From Scenedesmus sp. PABB004 (Eukaryota): a stretch of 64,000 bases of DNA. The DNA lies in assembly GCA_014905635.1 (NCBI GenBank), contig JABVCE010000009.1:1054001-1118000 (forward strand), written 5' to 3'. A program made the position numbers and the translations under genes. Below are positions 59,134 through 64,000 of the stretch, one piece after another; position 1 is the stretch's first letter; each line of letters begins with the position of its first letter. Below the pieces are notes generated by a model that was not told the DNA's origin, did not search any database, and was given only the letters and a program-made list of their open reading frames with translations.

Positions 59134-59377
59134 CGGCGTGTGCTGCGTGTGCGCCTGGGCAGGCTTGCCGCGGTTGGTGTGTGGTGCCCCTGCTGGTGGC
59201 GGCCTGCCCCACGTCGTTTGCGTGAGATGAGGCGGGGTTTGCGCTGGTTTTCCCCCGCTGCCCCTGTGGCCCGGTAGGGCCTGCGCGGCGTGGCTGCACG
59301 GTCAAGAGGACCAGCTACCGTCCTTAAGGGGCGCGGGCCCGATGTGCGCGAGCATACGGGGTAAATGACCTTGACCT
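59134..59377 (+). mobile_element. Family C 5'-truncated retroelement with (TGACCT)n tail, TSD AACCCAA
   Basis: TSD at 59127-59133 and 59378-59384; near-identical to the 3' part of 61938-62706. Confidence 0.87.
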
Positions 59378-59523
59378 AACCCAAGGCCCCAACGAGGCGG
59401 AGTCAACCGATCCGATTCAAGAACGGCCAGCAGCGTGACCGCCTGGCCCACCGTCTGCAGGCAGGGCAGCCCGCGCAAGCCCGGGGCCGCCACACATTCC
59501 AAGCCCACTGCCACATCACGCAC

Positions 59524-59703
59524 TGACCCCGGGGCTTAGGGCCTTGCGGCCTGTGCCCGGCGCTGTAGCAGTGAAGGGGTGGTTTTCTGACGGTTTTCCC
59601 ACGGCGCGTGCGCACCAAGCGTGCCGCCCAAGAACGCATTCGTTCTTGCCCTGCCCCGAGTCGGGAATCCCGACTGAGCCTGCGTGTAACAACAACAACA
59701 ACA
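59524..59703 (+). mobile_element. Family D short retroelement insertion with TGTAA and (AAC)n tail, TSD ACGCAC
   Basis: TSD at 59518-59523 and 59704-59709; removing it rejoins host frame PGEECVR|DVAVGL. Confidence 0.82.
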
Positions 59704-60984
59704 ACGCACACACTCCTCCCCCGGCTGGGCCGGCCAGCGCCACTGCTGCCGCACCGTGAGCAGCGGGTTGCCCCACAGGGGGGCATCCCAGCTGTGGGCC
59801 CGCCAGTCATACTCGCCCGGCCCCAGCCACTCCAGCGGCGGCAGCGCGCGCAGCCCGAGCGCGAACGAGCGCAGGGGCTGCGGCAGCCGCTGGCGCCCGC
59901 TGTCAAAAAGAAGGCGTTTGTCGCACAACATCAATCCCCACACCGTGTCCCCGCACGCGCCCGCATCGGGGCGCACGCGATCTGCCCACACGCGCCAAAG
60001 CTCCCCACACGCCGCCGCCCAGGGCACTGCACCCGCGGCCCCCTGCCCCGTGATGAGCTCCGCGCCCTCCATCGCCCAGCGCGCATGCAGGTGTTCGCGC
60101 ACCGGCAGCAGCCCCATGCCTCCCTCCCTCGGATGCGCAGCCATGCATGCCTTGGGGATGCCGGGCGGGCGGCGCAGGTCGCCCTCGGGGTCCAACCCTG
60201 CGTCCACCAGCCCTCCGCACCACTTTAGGATGTCAGTGAGATGCTGCTCAGTCAAGCCACCCCCAAACTGGCCCGCGTAGAGCACCGTGGCCAGCGCGTA
60301 CGCGTTGGCCGCAAAGGCGCGGCCAAACGACGACATGCGCGGGAGCATCGACACACGCCGCAGCGCGCGCCGCACGTGTGTCATACGCGTCTCCCAATCA
60401 GCGTCGCTGCCGCCCCGACCGTCAAACACCATCCCCAACGCTGCAGCAGTGTGCACGACGGGCATGCCGTGCACCGCATGGGGCTGGCCGCCGCTCCCCG
60501 CCGCCGCCGCCTGCAGCCCAATGGGCAGCAGCTTGGTTTTGGTGAGGTTGAGGCGCTGCCCCGACGCCGCTGCAAAGTCATTCATGCACCCGCAAAAGTG
60601 GGGGACGCCCTGCAGCGAGGTGATGAACGGCTCCGCGTCATCCGCGTACTGCGCCGCCACCACCTGGGTGCCCGCTGCAGCCAGCCCCACCCCACACGCA
60701 CGGAGGTGGCACAGGAGCGCCTGCCCCACAAACAGGTACAGCAAGGGCGCCAGCGGGCAGCCCTGCCTCACGCCCGCCTGACACGCATACAGAGACGACG
60801 AAAATCCATTGACGCACGCGCACGTGCGCGTGTTGGTCAACAACACCGACATCCAGCCCAGGAATCCTGACCCCACCCCAAGCTGCTCCGCTACCGCCAG
60901 CAAGAAACCCCTGTCCACGGTGTCGTAGGCCTTGCTTAAATCAGTGAAAATCGCGACCGCCCCCCGTCCCTCTGCCCGCAGCAA

Positions 60985-61432
60985 AGATAAAGATAAAGAT
61001 AAAGATAGTTACACCACAGGCTCGCGCCCATTGGTCCCGCGCCCCTTAAGGACGGTGTCCCGCATCTTCCAGATGTCCATCACATAATCTGCCACAGAGT
61101 GAACAGCAAGCTGATCCTGTAGCAGGTCACCAAGCAGATAACGCCGAGCCTGCTCCAGTGCTGCACACCGACTCGCCGCGCCGGTAACGGCAGCCCGAGG
61201 GGCCGCCGCACCAGCAGAGACGCTGCTGACGCTGACCGCCGCGCTGACATCATCAGCCCGAGGGGCCGCCGTATCAGCCGTGACGCCGCTATCGCTGATG
61301 CTGACCGCCGCGCCTGCGTCAGCAGCCCGAGGGGCCGCCGCGCTAGCCACGACGCCGGGGTCGCTGACGCTGCCGCTGCCGCCGCCGCCAGCTCCAGCCT
61401 CCAGCTCCTGGCTGCCGCTAGCCGCCATCCCG
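60985..61432 (-). mobile_element. Family B (RTEX-like) 5'-truncated insertion, TSD GCAGCAA
   Basis: TSD at 60978-60984 and 61433-61439; splits host RT at ALPALL|RAEGRG. Confidence 0.87.
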
Positions 61433-61937
61433 GCAGCAATGCCGGGAGGGCCTGCAGCAGCCTGATGCTGTCCCGAATCTGTCGCCCGCGCAGGAACGCG
61501 CTCTGACTGGTGTCGATGACTGAGTCCGCCACGCTGAGCAGGCGCGAGGCCAGCACCTTGGCCAGGATCCGGTAGTCATAGTTGAGCAGTTGGATCGGTC
61601 TGTACGCCCCTGGGTCCGCACCGTCGCCCCCAGGCTTGAGGATGGGAATGGCGACACCGTCGAGGAACGACGGCGGCACCGCCCCCGCCCGCCCGATGGC
61701 CGAGTACAGCGCTGCCAGCAGCGGGCTGAACTGCGCGCGGTACGCGCGGAACAGCTCGCCCGGCAGGCCGTCCAGCCCCGGCGCCTTACCCGGCGCCGTC
61801 GCCGCAATCGCCGCCAGCACCTCCGCGCCGGTGACGGTGGGCGCGCCCAGGCTCGCCGCCTGCTGAGGCTCGAGCCGCTGCGAGTGCTGCTGCACCGCCT
61901 GCAGCACCACTTGGCGCGCCGCCGGCGTGACCGCGGG

Positions 61938-62706
61938 GGCTGCGCATCACAGGCGGCGGTGGGGCGGCAGCAGCGCGGCCGGCGGCGCCGGACGGAGAGG
62001 GCGTCCCCGGCGTGCGTAGAGGTGCACGCCGAGCCGTGGCGTGCTGCTGCTGCGTGACCTTCGTTTGGTGCTGAGCTGGGCGCGGCTGGCTCGGGGCGCG
62101 GCGCGCGCGTGGGTGTGGGCGGCGGTGGGGGGAGCGTGGGCGGGCTTGCGGCAGGCTTTTTGGTGGTGGGCGGTGCGTGCGGCTGGCCTTTTGGCCGAGC
62201 CGCCCGCGGGTCCTGGAGGGGGCTGGAGCTGGTGGGCGTTGGCCGGCGCGGGGCGGCGGTCGCCGCGGACCACGGCCCCGCGCGCGACGCCCAGCCGGCG
62301 CACGCCGGCCCCGCAGTGTTGAGTCCACAGAGTCTCCACTAGCCGCCCTGCACGGCCTACACGCGTCTACCGGTCATCCTTCCCCAAGCTCCTAACATTC
62401 GGTGCACCACGTCGCAGGGGGCGCGACTCTGCGAGTGACGGCCGGCGGGGCGCGGCGCGGCGCGGCGTGTGCTGCGTGTGCGCCTGGGCGGGCTTGCCGC
62501 GGTTGGTGTGTGGTGCCCCTGCTGGCGGCGGCCTGCCCCACGTCGTTTGCGTGAGATGAGGCGGGGTTTGCGCTGGTTTCCCCCCGCTGCCCCTGTGGCC
62601 CGGTAGGGCCTGCGCGGCGTGGCTGCACGGTCAAGAGGACCAGCTACCGTCCTTAAGGGGCGCGGGCCCGATGTGCGCGAGCATACGGGGTAAATGACCT
62701 TGACCT
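61938..62706 (+). mobile_element. Family C longest copy with (TGACCT)n tail, TSD TGACCGCGGG
   Basis: TSD at 61928-61937 and 62707-62716. Confidence 0.87.
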
Positions 62707-63029
62707 TGACCGCGGGCTGCGCCGTGATGCCAGCGTAGTGGCGGCCCATGATGCGCGCGAGGCAGACGCCCCTACGCACGACGTGCCCCGAGCCAGGGGC
62801 CCGCAGGCCCCCGACAAACGTGGCGCCCTTGGGCTGCCGCATCACGCTGCTCATGGCCCTGCCCGGCCGCTCGCCGCCGTGCACCCAGCGCTGCCGCCTG
62901 CGCTGCCGCTGCTCGCGCTCGCTCTGGGCGTCCAGCGCAGCGAGGGCGCCGCGCGCCGCCACCACTGCCGCCAGCGCCGCCGGCAGGGCGTGCTGGGCGC
63001 AGCCCTCCGCCACCAAGTTGGCCGCGGTG

Positions 63030-63201
63030 GTCAAGGTCAAGGTCATTTACCCCGTATGCTCGCGCACATCGGGCCCGCGCCCCTTAAGGACGGTAGCTGG
63101 TCCTCTTGACCGTGCAGCCACGCCGCGCAGGCCCTACCGGGCCACAGGGGCAGCGGGGGAAAACCAGCGCAAACCCCGCCTCATCTCACGCAAACGACGT
63201 T
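63030..63201 (-). mobile_element. Family C 5'-truncated insertion, TSD GCGGTG
   Basis: TSD at 63024-63029 and 63202-63207. Confidence 0.85.
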
Positions 63202-63469
63202 GCGGTGAGCGCTGCCACTGCCGCCGCGCGCGCCGCCGCGCGCGACTGGTGCGCCCGCCGCTGCGCCGCCAGCCTATTGAGTTCCCCCACCTTGGCAATG
63301 AGTTGCTGCTTGAATGTCGGCCACCAGCCCAACACCGCCGCGTCGCCCGCGGGGGCGTGCTGCGCGTGCAGCCAGTCGCGCAGGGCGCGCTGACACACGG
63401 CGTCGCCTTGGAAGGAGAGGCGCAGGCGCTTGAGCCCCGGGCCCAGCGCGTCGCGCCCCCGCGGCAGTA

Positions 63470-63534
63470 AAAAGATAAAGATAAAGATAGTTACACCACA
63501 GGCTCGCGCCCATTGGTCCCGCGCCCCTTAAGGA
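63470..63534 (-). mobile_element. Family B 65-bp 3' stub, TSD CAGTA
   Basis: TSD at 63465-63469 and 63535-63539. Confidence 0.85.
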
Positions 63535-63915
63535 CAGTAGCAAGGCTACGACCGCGGTGTGGTCGCTGACCGCGCCCAGCCGGTCTGCGTGCCAGCACGA
63601 CGCCAGCTGCGGGGCGACGCCCGCCGACAAATGTATCCTGTCCAGCTGCCTCGCGGCTGGGGCAACGCCCGCCGACAAATGTATCCTGTCCAGCTGCCTC
63701 GCGGCTGGACAGGATACATTTGTCGGCGGGCGTCCAGCTGCCTCGCGGCTGGACAGGATACATTTGTCGGCGGGCGTCCAGCTGCCTCGCGGCTGGACAG
63801 GATACATTTGTCGGCGGGCGTCGCCCCGCAGCTGGCGTCGTGCTGGCACGCACGGACCCGAGAAGGGCGTTACCAGGGACGCACGGACCCCCAATGCAAA
63901 ACATCTTGACGACCG

Positions 63916-63988
63916 CGACCGCGGTGGGGATCGAACCCACGACCCTCGCCTCCGGAAAGCGATGCTCTATCCACTGAGCCACGCGGCC
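63916..63988 (-). tRNA. tRNA-Arg(CCG)
   Basis: 73-nt cloverleaf: acceptor GGCCGCG/CGCGGTC, D arm GCTCAGTGGATAGAGC, anticodon arm TCGCT-TTCCGGA-GGCGA, T arm GTGGG-TTCGATC-CCCAC; TTTT terminator at 63898-63901. Confidence 0.96.
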
Positions 63989-64000
63989 CGTCCATTGGTA

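Larger units (their letters stand above)
57520..63850 (-). mobile_element. L1-like LINE (family A), 5'-truncated within the APE endonuclease, ORF2 interrupted by 7 nested insertions
   Basis: APE end RLDRI..SDH; RT KAPGLDG, YRPIQLLNYDYRILAK, DLSKAYD, GVRQGCPLAP, QYADD; C-terminal CVYC..HHFWRCP; stop at 57810; 3' UTR and (TCT) tail. Confidence 0.93.

Noticed and set aside
57093..63534. Penelope-like elements or hammerhead ribozymes as the identity of families B, C and D
   Set aside because: No hammerhead core (CTGAnGA..GAAA), pseudo-LTR arrangement or GIY-YIG domain seen; TSDs with microsatellite tails fit LINE-type insertion
63860..63988. tRNA-derived SINE (tRNA head plus LINE tail)
   Set aside because: The tRNA is a perfect cloverleaf with its own TTTT terminator before the LINE-derived sequence, and the junction 15-mer behaves as a TSD. 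Not fully excluded without a genome-wide search

Overview
Eukaryotic, extremely GC-rich, intron-dense nuclear DNA whose codon and intron style suggests a chlorophyte green alga (Sphaeropleales-like; inference). 1-47.5 kb is compact and gene-rich. It holds an embryogenesis-like mitochondrial protein, a GT32 glycosyltransferase, an isocitrate lyase/PEP mutase-family enzyme, a twin-CX9C Mic19-like protein, a RelA/SpoT homolog fused to EF-hands, an FHA-like domain and HAT/TPR repeats, a two-domain nucleotidyl cyclase, a cytochrome P450, a degenerate DEAD-box helicase, two CBM20 proteins, a bactofilin-like beta-helix protein, a 5'-nucleotidase, SWSAP1-like, DPM2, an RNF14-like RBR ligase and a ZIP4/SPO22-like gene. 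48-53 kb is the most unusual stretch: roughly 18 imperfect stem-loops, many built from inverted, diverged pieces of the unknown gene that follows (52.9-55.9 kb), which suggests a gene-derived multi-hairpin small-RNA locus. 57-64 kb is a retrotransposon nest: an L1-like LINE inserted repeatedly at one site just downstream of a tRNA-Arg(CCG) gene, and its long copy carries seven TSD-flanked insertions from three other non-LTR families. Exon boundaries were read by eye and are approximate. No database searches were run.
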